Shown here: positions 1 through 9,448 of the stretch, piece by piece | How positions within the stretch are numbered: the stretch's first letter is position 1 | Layout of the letters: each line of letters starts with the position of its first letter | Source: a virus | Taxonomy: Duplodnaviria > Heunggongvirae > Uroviricota > Caudoviricetes | Direction: 5' to 3' (one strand) | Virus record (IMG/VR): IMGVR_UViG_3300013200_000006 | Length of the DNA stretch: 64,000 bases | Notes under the pieces: model-generated | The model's input: the letters and a program-made list of their open reading frames with translations, nothing else | Told to the model about the DNA's origin: nothing | Databases searched by the model: none | Made by a program: the position numbers and the translations under genes

Positions 1-265
1 GGAGGGGTTGTTGCGTGGGTCTGGTGATGGTGATGCGTTGGATGAGAATTTGACGGTTGCTGCGGATCGTACGTGGGAGCAGGATGTGGCTGAGGAGAAG
101 ATGTTGGTGCGTGTGGATCGTGTGGCGTCTGGTGGCCGTGGGTAGGGTCGGTTTTCGGGGGTGTTGGTTTTAGGGAACGGGTCTAAATTTGCGCGAATGC
201 TTCCGGGTAGGTAGTATTCATTTGTGAAACCACTGCACATTCCCAACCGGAAAGGACCCACTGCC

Positions 266-664
266 ATGACTACACTCACCTCCGCAGTTCACTTCTTCCA
301 AGCCCTCGACCGTTCTCTCCTCTCGATCGGATACAGCGCAGAAATCACTTCTGTTGACTCCTCCGGAGACGGTGTTCGCTTCGTCGTAGAAGTCACCGGC
401 AGCATCGACGCTGACGACGACGTCTACGCCACCGCTGAGCTAACCATCAAGCCCGCAGACGTTCCTAACAAGGCATGGGTATACGACGTGTCCGTGGACT
501 ACTACCCATACACCAAGGATGAGCTTGTCCGCGATATTAATGCCGCGATTCCGGGCAAGATTGGCGATAAGCTAGTTCGCCCGCTCGATGTGGCGCGCGT
601 GCTGGCAAGCCAGTTCAAGGCACTGGGCCTCGATCCTGCAGCAACCATTGAGCAGGTGCTCTAA
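266..664 (+). CDS. hypothetical protein
   Basis: ORF with GGAAAGGA RBS-like motif before ATG at 266 (track ORF 224..664 uses upstream GTG); no recognisable domain. Confidence 0.5.
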   Translation: MTTLTSAVHFFQALDRSLLSIGYSAEITSVDSSGDGVRFVVEVTGSIDADDDVYATAELTIKPADVPNKAWVYDVSVDYYPYTKDELVRDINAAIPGKIGDKLVRPLDVARVLASQFKALGLDPAATIEQVL

Positions 665-769
665 GCCCGCCACGGCGTGTAGGTGCCAGTTGCGTTGTTT
701 GCGGCTGGAACCTATACCTAGCTTCTGTATTTCCTACGCCCTCACCCCAGCCTAGAAAGGCCACGAACC

Positions 770-1066
770 GTGCTCATTCTCTTCACCACCGTCGTAGGCG
801 TCGGCATTATCGTACTGCTTGCTGCTGTAGCTAAATACATAAACACGCACTCTAAATACCGACTCGGACAAGCAAGCGAGATGGAGTTGCGCGAATTCCG
901 AGGTGGTGTTGTCACGACCATCGTGACCATGGTGATTGTCATGGCAGCGATGACGCTCGTCCTGTGGACCACTTCCGATTTCTTTAGCTCCAACAGCCTA
1001 GCGGGCGAGTCCGAAGAAGCAACCACAGCACCCGCTACTTCCGAACCGGCGCAGACCGAAGAATAG
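770..1066 (+). CDS. small hydrophobic membrane protein
   Basis: 98-aa ORF, two hydrophobic segments, acidic C-terminus. Confidence 0.45.
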   Translation: MLILFTTVVGVGIIVLLAAVAKYINTHSKYRLGQASEMELREFRGGVVTTIVTMVIVMAAMTLVLWTTSDFFSSNSLAGESEEATTAPATSEPAQTEE

Positions 1067-1072
1067 AAAGGG

Positions 1073-1381
1073 GTGAGTCACATGAGTATTGGAATCGTCA
1101 TTGTTATTGCACTCTCCCTCCTTGCTTGCCTGGTTGCTATCGGCGTGTTGAATGTAGCAGTGGTGCGATCTTCGCAGACTGCAAGCAGGCACGCACTTGG
1201 CCAAGCCAACGACATTGAGCGAGCACAGGCAGATCACACGGCCATTTTGGTTGCCGTGGGTACGGCTATACTCTTTGCGTTCTTACTGTTCGGTATGCCG
1301 CTGGCTAAGACTCTTGGAGATGGTATGGTTGCAGATCCATCGGAGGAGACACCCACTTCAACCGCTGTTGACGCACACTAG
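1073..1381 (+). CDS. small membrane protein
   Basis: GTG start after GAAAGGGG RBS; hydrophobic N-terminal helices. Confidence 0.45.
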   Translation: MSHMSIGIVIVIALSLLACLVAIGVLNVAVVRSSQTASRHALGQANDIERAQADHTAILVAVGTAILFAFLLFGMPLAKTLGDGMVADPSEETPTSTAVDAH

Positions 1382-1398
1382 GCACGGGCAGACGAGCT

Positions 1399-1809
1399 AT
1401 GGTACTTACCCTGTTTTACATCGCTCTAGCAATTTCTGCAGTCATTATTCTGATAGTAGGTTTCCTGACTGCTCAAACAACACACAGGACACGCACTCAG
1501 GCAGACGAAATCCGCGACGACGCATTTGCTTTAATCGACGAAGTGAACAACGTGCTTAGCAAGGACAGTGTACTGACAGGCCTAATCCGCGCCGGGCAAG
1601 GTGTGCGGGTAGAGTGTGTTCTTTTCCGCATGCAGAATGTTCTTGCGCGGGAATCAGAAACAGTTGGACGTGAGAACAGTCTTAGCGAGCGTGAGATAGA
1701 AGAACTACGCCGGGACGTGAACGAAGCTCGCAGCGAATGGTTTGACCTCTATGATACGGCGTACTTGCGTGGTTTGGTTCCGATGCGCGTTGTAGACAGC
1801 CAGAGCTGA
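1399..1809 (+). CDS. membrane-anchored hypothetical protein
   Basis: N-terminal TM helix then charged coiled-coil-like region. Confidence 0.45.
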   Translation: MVLTLFYIALAISAVIILIVGFLTAQTTHRTRTQADEIRDDAFALIDEVNNVLSKDSVLTGLIRAGQGVRVECVLFRMQNVLARESETVGRENSLSEREIEELRRDVNEARSEWFDLYDTAYLRGLVPMRVVDSQS

Positions 1810-1889
1810 GTCACACCAATTGCGTTAGTCCTTTAAAAGCGGTACCTTATATACAGAAAAGCCAACACACTATATCCAAGGACACTTTT

Positions 1890-2117
1890 ATGACTGATTA
1901 CATCGCTGAACTCACCGATAGTGCCACCACATCGGCTTACGCTCTTGCAGCAACACTCACAGTAGGCCTACTTGTCATTGCCCTGCTTGCTTTCACTGCG
2001 TCACGCAATTGGAAGATTGTAAGCACACTCCTCATCCTCGTAGCAAGTGCATGCTTTGCTCTCTCGCTTGTCTTTGCAGATCCTGTGGTAGACGCTATGA
2101 TCTATCACATCAAGTAG
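1890..2117 (+). CDS. small membrane protein
   Basis: 75-aa ORF, two TM segments. Confidence 0.4.
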   Translation: MTDYIAELTDSATTSAYALAATLTVGLLVIALLAFTASRNWKIVSTLLILVASACFALSLVFADPVVDAMIYHIK

Positions 2118-2145
2118 TATGTAACGTAGAGACAAAGGAGCAAGA

Positions 2146-2539
2146 AGTGTCTATCATTAATAGTCTCGATTGGGACGAGATCAAGGAAACCTATATCCGG
2201 GCCACCGAAAAGAACAACGCAGCGGGCATTATTGTTCACCCGAATGGGGCGCGCGAAGAAACAAACGAGTTTCCTGCCCCTGTAGATGTAAGTCTGTTTT
2301 GCCGTGATGGTCAAGGATCGTGGTTCTATGACGCGCATGAAATCGATGACGAGGAGTTTTGCGACATCGATGGTGCGATGTGTCGTATTGTTTCCAACGG
2401 TGTTAACGTCGGTAAGTATGGGCTCAAGCAGGCCGCGCACATCGTGGGTCTTGATGAAGGAAGCCCTGTATTCCTAGGACTGCATCGTGTTGAGGACGAC
2501 GAGGCTAAGGCCCAGTTTTTCATTTTTCTGGCCGTGTAA
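2146..2539 (+). CDS. hypothetical protein (tandem paralog A)
   Basis: GTG start after GGAG; shares NSLDWDEIKETYIRATEKNNAAGIIVHPNGA / INWDNVLEEYNKATETLSGYGIIVHSDGT similarity with next gene. Confidence 0.5.
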
Positions 2540-2627
2540 GACGCTATGCCGGGCCTTCCGTGTTTAAGGCTCAACGCGTGCTACCCTGTATACAAAGCCT
2601 GTTACACAATGTGAAGGAGACACCCCA

Positions 2628-3002
2628 ATGAGCATCAACTGGGACAACGTACTCGAAGAATACAACAAAGCCACAGAAACCCTCTCCGGCTATGGCATCA
2701 TCGTCCACTCCGACGGCACCATCGAACACTCCGATGAGCCCTTGGGAGAACTAGAATCCGACTGTCTTTACGAAGAAGCAGACGGCACCTGGTCCTACGA
2801 CGGCCAGGCACTATCTGACGGCTACTTCACCTACAACGGTGCTACTTTTCTTGTCATGCACTCCTCCGAGGTCCCTACTGCAGGGTTCTTGCAGGCACAA
2901 TACAATGACCTCGACAGCCCATCAGTATTCTTCGGCGCAAGCATGATCATGGACGACGAGGACTCTGTGAGTGAATGGTTCTTCGCCCGTAAGGCACTAT
3001 AG
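2628..3002 (+). CDS. hypothetical protein (tandem paralog B)
   Basis: GAAGGAGA RBS; paralogous to 2146..2539. Confidence 0.55.
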   Translation: MSINWDNVLEEYNKATETLSGYGIIVHSDGTIEHSDEPLGELESDCLYEEADGTWSYDGQALSDGYFTYNGATFLVMHSSEVPTAGFLQAQYNDLDSPSVFFGASMIMDDEDSVSEWFFARKAL

Positions 3003-3004
3003 CA

Positions 3005-3463
3005 GTGGACGCTTCTTTTGTCCTAGACTCCGTACGGCGCAAGTATCCTACCGCGGCTATTGTTCCGGAACTTACCATCGACGATCTTTACGCGCGTGAG
3101 CAGCCCGGCGCGGATAAGGTGTTTCGTCGGCGTATTGACGGTTTGATGTTTGATGGTGGTCAGCGTACCGCTATTGAGGTTAAGGTTGATCGTCAGGATT
3201 TGTTGCGGAATGAGACTTGGCATAAGACTGCGCCGTGGCGTGCTGTGACGCATAGGTTTGTGTATGTTATGCCTGCGGGGTTGGCGGATTTTTCGGAGTT
3301 TGATGGGCATTGGTATGCGGGTGTGTGGTGGGTGCATGAAGACGGGCGTGTGGAGGTTGTGCGGAAGGCTCGGGTGAATAAGTATCCGGAGCCTTTGCCG
3401 AATAGTGTGGTGACTCGGTTGGCGTATCGTGCTGCTGGGGTGCCTGTCGCGTCGAGTGAGTGA
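3005..3463 (+). CDS. hypothetical protein, possible PD-(D/E)XK nuclease fold
   Basis: RIDGLMFDG...AIEVKVDRQ resembles D...E-x-K nuclease motif; weak. Confidence 0.35.
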   Translation: MDASFVLDSVRRKYPTAAIVPELTIDDLYAREQPGADKVFRRRIDGLMFDGGQRTAIEVKVDRQDLLRNETWHKTAPWRAVTHRFVYVMPAGLADFSEFDGHWYAGVWWVHEDGRVEVVRKARVNKYPEPLPNSVVTRLAYRAAGVPVASSE

Positions 3464-3575
3464 CGTGTGTGGGTGGTGGGGTAATTACTTTTTATACACT
3501 TTTTGTGTATTGACTGTTGCTTTCTTTTGTAGAAGATTGTTGAATTGTAAGTATATTACTGCTATAGTATAGTGT

Positions 3576-4154
3576 ATGAAGTTAAGTCAGTATGCCGAAA
3601 GGAAAGGAATTCATTACCGGACGGCGTGGAATCGTTTTAATCAGGGAAAGATTAAAGGTGCTTACCTGGATGAGACAGGTCATATTGTTGTTCCTGATCC
3701 CGAGGAAGAGCTAAAGCAGAAAGCAGCGTTGTATTCTCGCATGTCTACTCACGGACAGCGAAGTGATTTAGAACGTCAGGAACAGCGGTTGAAAGAGTTC
3801 GCGTCGTCTCGCGGGTTAGAGATAGTCCAGTCAGTGACAGAAGTAGCGTCTGGAGTAAGCGACCAGCGACCAAAGCTAATTAAACTTCTCAGCACCCCTA
3901 CCTGGGGAGTTCTGATCGTTGAGCATAAAGACAGGTTGTCACGTATTAACTTTGGCTGGCTTAAGTACTTCCTGTCATTGCTAGGAAAAGACATCATTGT
4001 TGTAGACAACACGATTGATTCCGACGAAGGAAAAGATGAGGATGTTTTCTCACTTCTTTACTCTTACACCGCAAGCGAGTACGGAAAACGAGGAGCAAAA
4101 CATCGTGCTGAACGAGCCCAACGTGCTTTAGAAGGCCGCAGCGATGACCTCTAA
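3576..4154 (+). CDS. tnpA: IS607-type serine recombinase transposase TnpA (MerR-like HTH + resolvase catalytic domain)
   Basis: N-terminal HTH (LSQYAERKGIHYRTAWNRF) and catalytic YSRMSTHGQ serine motif; 11-nt overlap with tnpB. Confidence 0.75.
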   Translation: MKLSQYAERKGIHYRTAWNRFNQGKIKGAYLDETGHIVVPDPEEELKQKAALYSRMSTHGQRSDLERQEQRLKEFASSRGLEIVQSVTEVASGVSDQRPKLIKLLSTPTWGVLIVEHKDRLSRINFGWLKYFLSLLGKDIIVVDNTIDSDEGKDEDVFSLLYSYTASEYGKRGAKHRAERAQRALEGRSDDL

Positions 4155-5589
4155 AACACACCACCGCAGTGTGGAGTTAAAGCACTGTGCTAATCAGGCA
4201 AAAGTAGACCAGATTGCTGACTTACTTCACTGGTTTTCTTCTGCCTGTACCGTGTGCAAGGAAGAGAAAATCCGCCATCTTAAAACTGGTGGGAGGCTTT
4301 TCAGATTCACCAAGGGCCAGTGGTTGATTGGTAAGCCTGATGTGTTTTCTGCACGGATGTTTAAGTCTGTTGAAAACGTTGTTGATGCAGCTCTTAGATC
4401 TTGGCAGGAAGCCTCCGTTATCGCTGGTAGAAAGATTATCAGCGAGTGGAGAAACCAAGACACTAAATTGAGCGACGATGACTTTATTACACTCTACACG
4501 TTGAACAAATCGAAGCGGTGGTGGGATCCTGAAGCTGAGTTTTCGGAACTTCGGAATGAACTTATCGCGGAGATCTTGCGGAAGAATCCGTTTCCAGTGC
4601 TGGATGGAAAAACTGCCACCCTTAATGAGACCGTATGTAGGATTGTGGAATCCAAATCCACTAAGCAAGAATCCTGGTTAGAAATTAGAGGATTTAAAGG
4701 CGTACCTATCTATATTCCTGTGGAAAAGACTTCCTTCTACAACGAGTCTATGGATCAGGGAAAAGAGTGTAACGTAACTCAGCTTCATCTTGATCGAGAT
4801 GAAAAACTGGTCATTCGCCGTGTGGTTGAGAAAGATAATGCTCCGCTTCGTCAAGAAGGAAAAGACATTGGTATTGATTGGGGATTAAAGAGTCTTGTTG
4901 CTACTTCTGAGGGGCAGCTTTTAGGACTGTCTTTATATCCTTGGTTAAAAGAGCGTGATCAAGAACTTGTAGAACTTACTCGAAGCTTGCAGCGACAGGG
5001 GGTTAGGCCGCGTTCGTCTCGCCGCTTTAGGTCGCTACAACGAAGAATCAGACAGTACGTGAAAAACGAAGTTGGACGCGTACTGAACCGTCTTGCCGAA
5101 CAGGATATTCGCTCAATCACTTGTGAACACTTGGATTTTCGTGGAGGTGGTTTATCACGAAGAACAAGGGTTATTGTGTCTCGTGCTGGTAGAGGTGCTT
5201 TCAAACAGAAGCTTGCAGACTTGACCGAAAATCACGGGATTGAAGTACACGAGGTGAACCCCGCCTACACTTCAAAGCAGTGCTCTGGGTGTGGTCTTGT
5301 TGCTGATAATCAGCGAAAGGGTTCGTCCTTTCAGTGTCTTCACTGTGGTAAGGCTCTTCACGCAGATGTAAACGCCGCGAGAAACATTATTGGCAGACGT
5401 TCTGCCCCTAGTGATGGTTTTCGTTATTGTTCAAAAGAATCAGTCCTTGATTATCTAAATCAGGAGTTCACCTCTTACTGGGGTCAAACTTCTGACTTGA
5501 TTATCAAGCGTTTTAACGCCCGTACAGCTGGGCTTCCAGGAACTGTGAATCACAAGCCTGGTGGGACAAGTTTGTCCATTTCAAAGTGA
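4144..5589 (+). CDS. tnpB: TnpB (OrfB) RNA-guided nuclease family protein
   Basis: RuvC-I GIDWGLKSL, CxxC...CxxC zinc finger (CSGCGLV...CLHCGKALHADVNAARNI) with RuvC-III D. Confidence 0.8.
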   Translation: MTSKTHHRSVELKHCANQAKVDQIADLLHWFSSACTVCKEEKIRHLKTGGRLFRFTKGQWLIGKPDVFSARMFKSVENVVDAALRSWQEASVIAGRKIISEWRNQDTKLSDDDFITLYTLNKSKRWWDPEAEFSELRNELIAEILRKNPFPVLDGKTATLNETVCRIVESKSTKQESWLEIRGFKGVPIYIPVEKTSFYNESMDQGKECNVTQLHLDRDEKLVIRRVVEKDNAPLRQEGKDIGIDWGLKSLVATSEGQLLGLSLYPWLKERDQELVELTRSLQRQGVRPRSSRRFRSLQRRIRQYVKNEVGRVLNRLAEQDIRSITCEHLDFRGGGLSRRTRVIVSRAGRGAFKQKLADLTENHGIEVHEVNPAYTSKQCSGCGLVADNQRKGSSFQCLHCGKALHADVNAARNIIGRRSAPSDGFRYCSKESVLDYLNQEFTSYWGQTSDLIIKRFNARTAGLPGTVNHKPGGTSLSISK

Positions 5590-5764
5590 CACGATTTTCT
5601 GTCGAATCATAAGCTGTGGTGGCCGTGGTCTATTGATCCTCATGCGGTGGAGGTTGTGGCTCGTATTGATGTTGAGTACAAGTAGGTTTTGCGTGTGTGC
5701 CCTCACCGCTGTAACATTGTTTGCGTATAGATTGTAACGACCACACCAAGAAAGAAAAACTCTT

Positions 5765-6151
5765 ATGGCACCTATCGCAAACGCAACACCAATCGTCGAA
5801 TTCGCCTACAACCTTGGCGATGAACTCAACAACTATGGCTACACTGCCCGCATCAACTCACTCTACCAGTACCGCCCTACCAGCGAGCCGTGGACGCTAG
5901 GACTGCTGATTTCTCCACAGCGCTACTCCGGTCAAGGTGCGGATCTACAGGTGGAGATGGAAGAAACCTCCGCGGATGGGAATGTGAGCTGGGTAAGGCT
6001 TGAGAAGTTCGCGCTGTCCCCTGCAGATGACGCGGAAGCACAACAGGCACTGGGCGAGCAGATTGAAAACGCAAGCAAAGACGGATCACGACCCATTTCT
6101 TACGGCGTTTTGGCGCGCATTATTGGCGATGTTCTCGACTCCTTGGCGTAG
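5765..6151 (+). CDS. hypothetical protein
   Basis: 128-aa ORF, no recognisable motif. Confidence 0.45.
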   Translation: MAPIANATPIVEFAYNLGDELNNYGYTARINSLYQYRPTSEPWTLGLLISPQRYSGQGADLQVEMEETSADGNVSWVRLEKFALSPADDAEAQQALGEQIENASKDGSRPISYGVLARIIGDVLDSLA

Positions 6152-6207
6152 CCGCGGGGGTCAGCTGAAGGAGGCTTAGGCAATAGCACTGTAGGCCTCC
6201 CCTGCCG

Positions 6208-6777
6208 TTATTCGGTCAAATCCCGCAACGCATACGCCACATCCCGAAGATCCACCGAACCATATTCACCATCGATCGCAGCAAACTCTTCCGTAGGAGC
6301 CTGAAAAGACGTAGTACGATCAAGACGCTTAGCGACACGCTGCTTAACAAGATCCTTATTCACCGTACTAGGCTTCTGATTAAGGGACTGAATAAACTCA
6401 GTTTCCTGTTTAATGAAACTAGTAGACGTGTAGTTAGTGCCGTAGCGGGACTCTAAAAGCTGACCAATTTTAGTGGTGTCAGCTTTCCATTTCTTTTGCG
6501 AAAATACGCTCAAGTGCGGGCAAATAAGCAGCGCAAGTAGCAGTGCTGTGGCAACAAGTACAGGAGTAACTGTGTGGGTGAGGGTGGAGATAGCCGCGCC
6601 TAGGATAAACGCTAAGATCCCTATTTCAGCGAGGACAAAAATGGTGGGCCTGCTGATGGCGCTGTGTTGAGTGTAGTTGTTGTCGTTGGTGAGGTGCTTG
6701 GTGATGTCGTTGATGAGTTTGTCGCGGTGGGTGGCAAGGATAGTGTGTTGGGTGGTGTTGTCGCGGTTGAGTGGCAT
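6208..6777 (-). CDS. membrane protein
   Basis: central pair of TM helices (IFVLAEIGILAFILGAAISTL...VLVATALLLALLIC). Confidence 0.45.
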   Translation of the reverse strand: MPLNRDNTTQHTILATHRDKLINDITKHLTNDNNYTQHSAISRPTIFVLAEIGILAFILGAAISTLTHTVTPVLVATALLLALLICPHLSVFSQKKWKADTTKIGQLLESRYGTNYTSTSFIKQETEFIQSLNQKPSTVNKDLVKQRVAKRLDRTTSFQAPTEEFAAIDGEYGSVDLRDVAYALRDLTE

Positions 6778-6896
6778 GGGAAAGTCTTTCTAGCACAATT
6801 AGGGGGGTTGTCGGTGCTCTATGGTACTAGAGGGGATAGTGTTGTGGGAGGGTTTTGTGCTAGGTGCGAAAGGGATTTAGGCCACGAAGGAGTACG

Positions 6897-7664
6897 CTAC
6901 TTAATTTTGCGGCGCACTAGTTCGGCAATAAGTAGGAAAACCACCAGGCCAATGATCAAAAACGGTGCGTCGTTTTCGTCCAGGAACTGGTCATCTGAAC
7001 TATTGTGATCGTCTGGGTCACCGGAATTAGGATTACGGTCCTTGTTGAAGTTAGGGGTGCCTTCTTTATTGTTAGCATACGACAAGGTAGTGGGGTGAGT
7101 ATCACCGTTGAGAGTATAAGTTACCTCGTAGCCAGAAGGAGTGAGTGTGGTGGCATCAGGATAGTAGATGGTCATGGCAAAATCGTGTGCGCCGCCTGCG
7201 TTCCTAATGTCGCGTTCCATGTGGGATTGTTGGCCGTGGCGGTTGAGGTAGCTATCTTGCGGGGTGATGTTATAGGCGTTGGAGACTCCACCGAGCGAGT
7301 CTGCAATGACATGGCCTTCGTCGAAGTTGGGTTTGTCGGTGCCGGGTACTTTGGCTTCGTCGTTGCAGTAGCGGTTTTTGCTGGTAATGTCTTCAGTTTC
7401 GTCGTTTTGGGGGATGATTTGTTGTGCGGTGACGGTGATGAGTTGTCCGGTGTTGTTGGTGGTGGCGGTGTAGTTGCGTTGTGGGCCGTAGCCGATGTCG
7501 GTGGTGGCGTTGGGTTCGCGGAGTCCGGCTTTGTTGCAGACCCAGGTTTTGTCGGTGTCTAGGCCGTGTGCGGGGGCTGTGGCGGTGTTGGAGGCTGCGT
7601 GTGCGGTAAGTGGGGTGAGGGTGATGAGGGTGGCGGTGGTGAGTGTGGTGAGTAGTTTTTTCAT
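6897..7664 (-). CDS. secreted, C-terminally membrane-anchored DNA/RNA non-specific endonuclease (Endonuclease_NS_2-like)
   Basis: signal peptide MKKLLTTLTTATLITLTPLTAHA; DEGHVIADSLGG...NITPQ...LNR motif resembling the DRGHL...LGG...N.VPQ...N endonuclease family; C-terminal TM + RRKIK. Confidence 0.55.
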   Translation of the reverse strand: MKKLLTTLTTATLITLTPLTAHAASNTATAPAHGLDTDKTWVCNKAGLREPNATTDIGYGPQRNYTATTNNTGQLITVTAQQIIPQNDETEDITSKNRYCNDEAKVPGTDKPNFDEGHVIADSLGGVSNAYNITPQDSYLNRHGQQSHMERDIRNAGGAHDFAMTIYYPDATTLTPSGYEVTYTLNGDTHPTTLSYANNKEGTPNFNKDRNPNSGDPDDHNSSDDQFLDENDAPFLIIGLVVFLLIAELVRRKIK

Positions 7665-7794
7665 GGTGGTGTGGTGTTGGTTGGTTTTTGTTTGCTGGGT
7701 TTATTGTAGTGGGTTGGTGGGTTGTGGGGCAAATTGTTGTGTTTTTGCTGGGGGCGTGGGTCTAGTATGTTTTTGTTGAAGAGAACTTCCTCAT

Positions 7795-8232
7795 GTGCCT
7801 CGTGGAAGGGGCGAGAAACCTGTGACTGTGGCCCGACTCCTTATTACTGGTTCGCGGTATTTTAACGATGCTGGACTGATGCATGCTGCAATTAGTGATG
7901 CGGTATCGACACTTCGAGGCTTCGGCTTTGCCCACATTGTGCTTGTTCATGGTGGTGCCCACGGTGCTGATATGCTTGCTGCGCACATAGCAAAAAGCAT
8001 GGGCCTTGAAATCGAAGCACACCCGGCGCGATGGGACGTGTATGGGAAGGCAGCAGGTCCTGTGCGCAACAAAGAGATGGTGGAGTTAGGCGCTGATCTG
8101 GTGCTGGCTTTTCCAGTGGGTGAGTCCCGCGGTACGCGTGGATGTATGCAGCTTGCTTGGGAGAAGGGCTGTGCGGTCATCAATGTAACAGAGAGGTGCA
8201 ACGCCGCGTCGGATTTTCTGATAGGGTTTTAA
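7795..8232 (+). CDS. DUF2493 / SLOG-family (YspA-like) protein
   Basis: LITGSRYFND...VHGGAHGADMLAAHIA...HPARWDVYGKAAGPVRNKEMVELGADLVLAFP pattern typical of actinophage DUF2493. Confidence 0.65.
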   Translation: MPRGRGEKPVTVARLLITGSRYFNDAGLMHAAISDAVSTLRGFGFAHIVLVHGGAHGADMLAAHIAKSMGLEIEAHPARWDVYGKAAGPVRNKEMVELGADLVLAFPVGESRGTRGCMQLAWEKGCAVINVTERCNAASDFLIGF

Positions 8233-8269
8233 ATACCGTAATTCTATCTCGTATTTTGAAAGGATCTTC

Positions 8270-9115
8270 ATGCTTACCGTCACCGACAAGGTAGTTGTCC
8301 TCACGAACAGGGTACTCGATATGGACATCGACGCCTCCTGCGGCGCGTTTATCGACCGTGTTCCTGTGGTTACCGCTTTGTGTAGCGAAGTCAACGAAGA
8401 CGCAGACATTTTCCGAATCGATGCATTTGTTAAAGAAGAAAACAAGATGCCTTCTTTTACAGCAAACATTGCTTTTGATGCAGAAGGGGGTACTGTGTCT
8501 TTCACTCAAGCTGGAGTTTTAGCGTTCACGGAGTTCGCTGAGGCTTTGGGCGATTCTGTTCTTGTTTTCGTTACCTGCGGTGAAGACGAGGGGGATACGC
8601 TTCGCACGGGTATGTTTCGCATTAGCGATAAGGGCATTGAGGGCTTTGACGGTGGGGAGGCAGGTCAGCGTTTTGTTGATTTGATGGAGGTGGACGATCC
8701 AGAGGAGGTTGAGTTTTGGGATACGACGGGTGTTCCTTCTCGTGTGTCGGATACGGAGCTGATGGGCAGGATGCGTAAGGATTTATTGCGCCAGGAGGAG
8801 ATTGTTGATGAGGCTGTGGCTACTTTTGCTGATTTGCCGCAGGGTAGTGTGATGTTGTTGGACCAGTCTATCGTGGTGATGAAGTGCTCCCATAGTACGT
8901 CGGAGGAGAAGTTTTTCGAGTATGAGGGGTATGGGTCTGCGAGTGAGTATTGCAATCAGGTGGGGTTGTCGTTGGAGGAGTATGCGCAGTTGCGTGATGA
9001 GGCGCAGGTGGGTAAGTGGGTTGCTACTGACGGGGAGTTTTTGACGAATAATGAGGTGGTTTTGTTGGCTGAGGACAATTTTATGGTAGTTTTTGGACCC
9101 GCTCTTGACAAGTAA
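8270..9115 (+). CDS. hypothetical protein
   Basis: 281-aa acidic ORF with AAAGGATCTTC RBS region. Confidence 0.5.
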   Translation: MLTVTDKVVVLTNRVLDMDIDASCGAFIDRVPVVTALCSEVNEDADIFRIDAFVKEENKMPSFTANIAFDAEGGTVSFTQAGVLAFTEFAEALGDSVLVFVTCGEDEGDTLRTGMFRISDKGIEGFDGGEAGQRFVDLMEVDDPEEVEFWDTTGVPSRVSDTELMGRMRKDLLRQEEIVDEAVATFADLPQGSVMLLDQSIVVMKCSHSTSEEKFFEYEGYGSASEYCNQVGLSLEEYAQLRDEAQVGKWVATDGEFLTNNEVVLLAEDNFMVVFGPALDK

Positions 9116-9146
9116 CGCTTGTTGCGTTATAGTGGTTGGTGTTCAA

Positions 9147-9220
9147 CACCCTTGTAGCCCAAATGGCAGAGGCACTAGATTTAGGTTCTAGACAGTGTGG
9201 GTTCAAGTCCCACCAAGGGT
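9147..9220 (+). tRNA. tRNA with anticodon UAG (Leu codon CUA) but type-I short variable loop
   Basis: cloverleaf folded by eye: acceptor ACCCTTG/CAAGGGT, G18G19, anticodon stem CTAGA/TCTAG, loop TTTAGGT, T-arm GTGGG-TTCAAGT-CCCAC, discriminator A. Confidence 0.7.
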
Positions 9221-9221
9221 A

Positions 9222-9294
9222 TGGGAATGTCGTATAGTGGCTAATACCTCAGCCTTCCAAGCTGAAGACGCGGGTTCGATTCCCGTCATTCCCT
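9222..9294 (+). tRNA. tRNA-Gly (anticodon UCC)
   Basis: acceptor GGGAATG/CATTCCC, D-stem GTAT/ATAC, anticodon loop CTTCCAA, T-loop TTCGATT; starts 1 nt after previous tRNA. Confidence 0.8.
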
Positions 9295-9341
9295 CTCACA
9301 GGCCCTATCTTGTTTGGCTTAAGTTTTGGGGCTTGTGTTTT

Positions 9342-9416
9342 GCCTTCGTGGCGCAATTGGTAGCGCAACGCACTTGTAATGCGTAGGTTGCGGGTTCGAG
9401 TCCCGCCGAAGGCTCC
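9342..9416 (+). tRNA. tRNA-Thr (anticodon UGU), CCA encoded
   Basis: acceptor GCCTTCG/CGAAGGC, anticodon loop CTTGTAA, T-loop TTCGAGT, 3' CCA present. Confidence 0.85.
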
Positions 9417-9448
9417 AAATATTGTGTGTGGGAAACTTGGCTCATAGT

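Larger units (their letters stand above)
3540..5700 (+). mobile_element. IS607-family insertion sequence (tnpA serine recombinase + tnpB)
   Basis: overlapping tnpA/tnpB pair, lower-GC than flanks, no obvious inverted repeats as typical for IS607; boundaries approximate. Confidence 0.6.

Noticed and set aside
9147-9220. Amber-suppressor interpretation of the unusual tRNA
   Set aside because: The anticodon is UAG (reads the Leu codon CUA), not CUA (which would read the UAG stop). It also cannot suppress the in-frame TAA at 27335.
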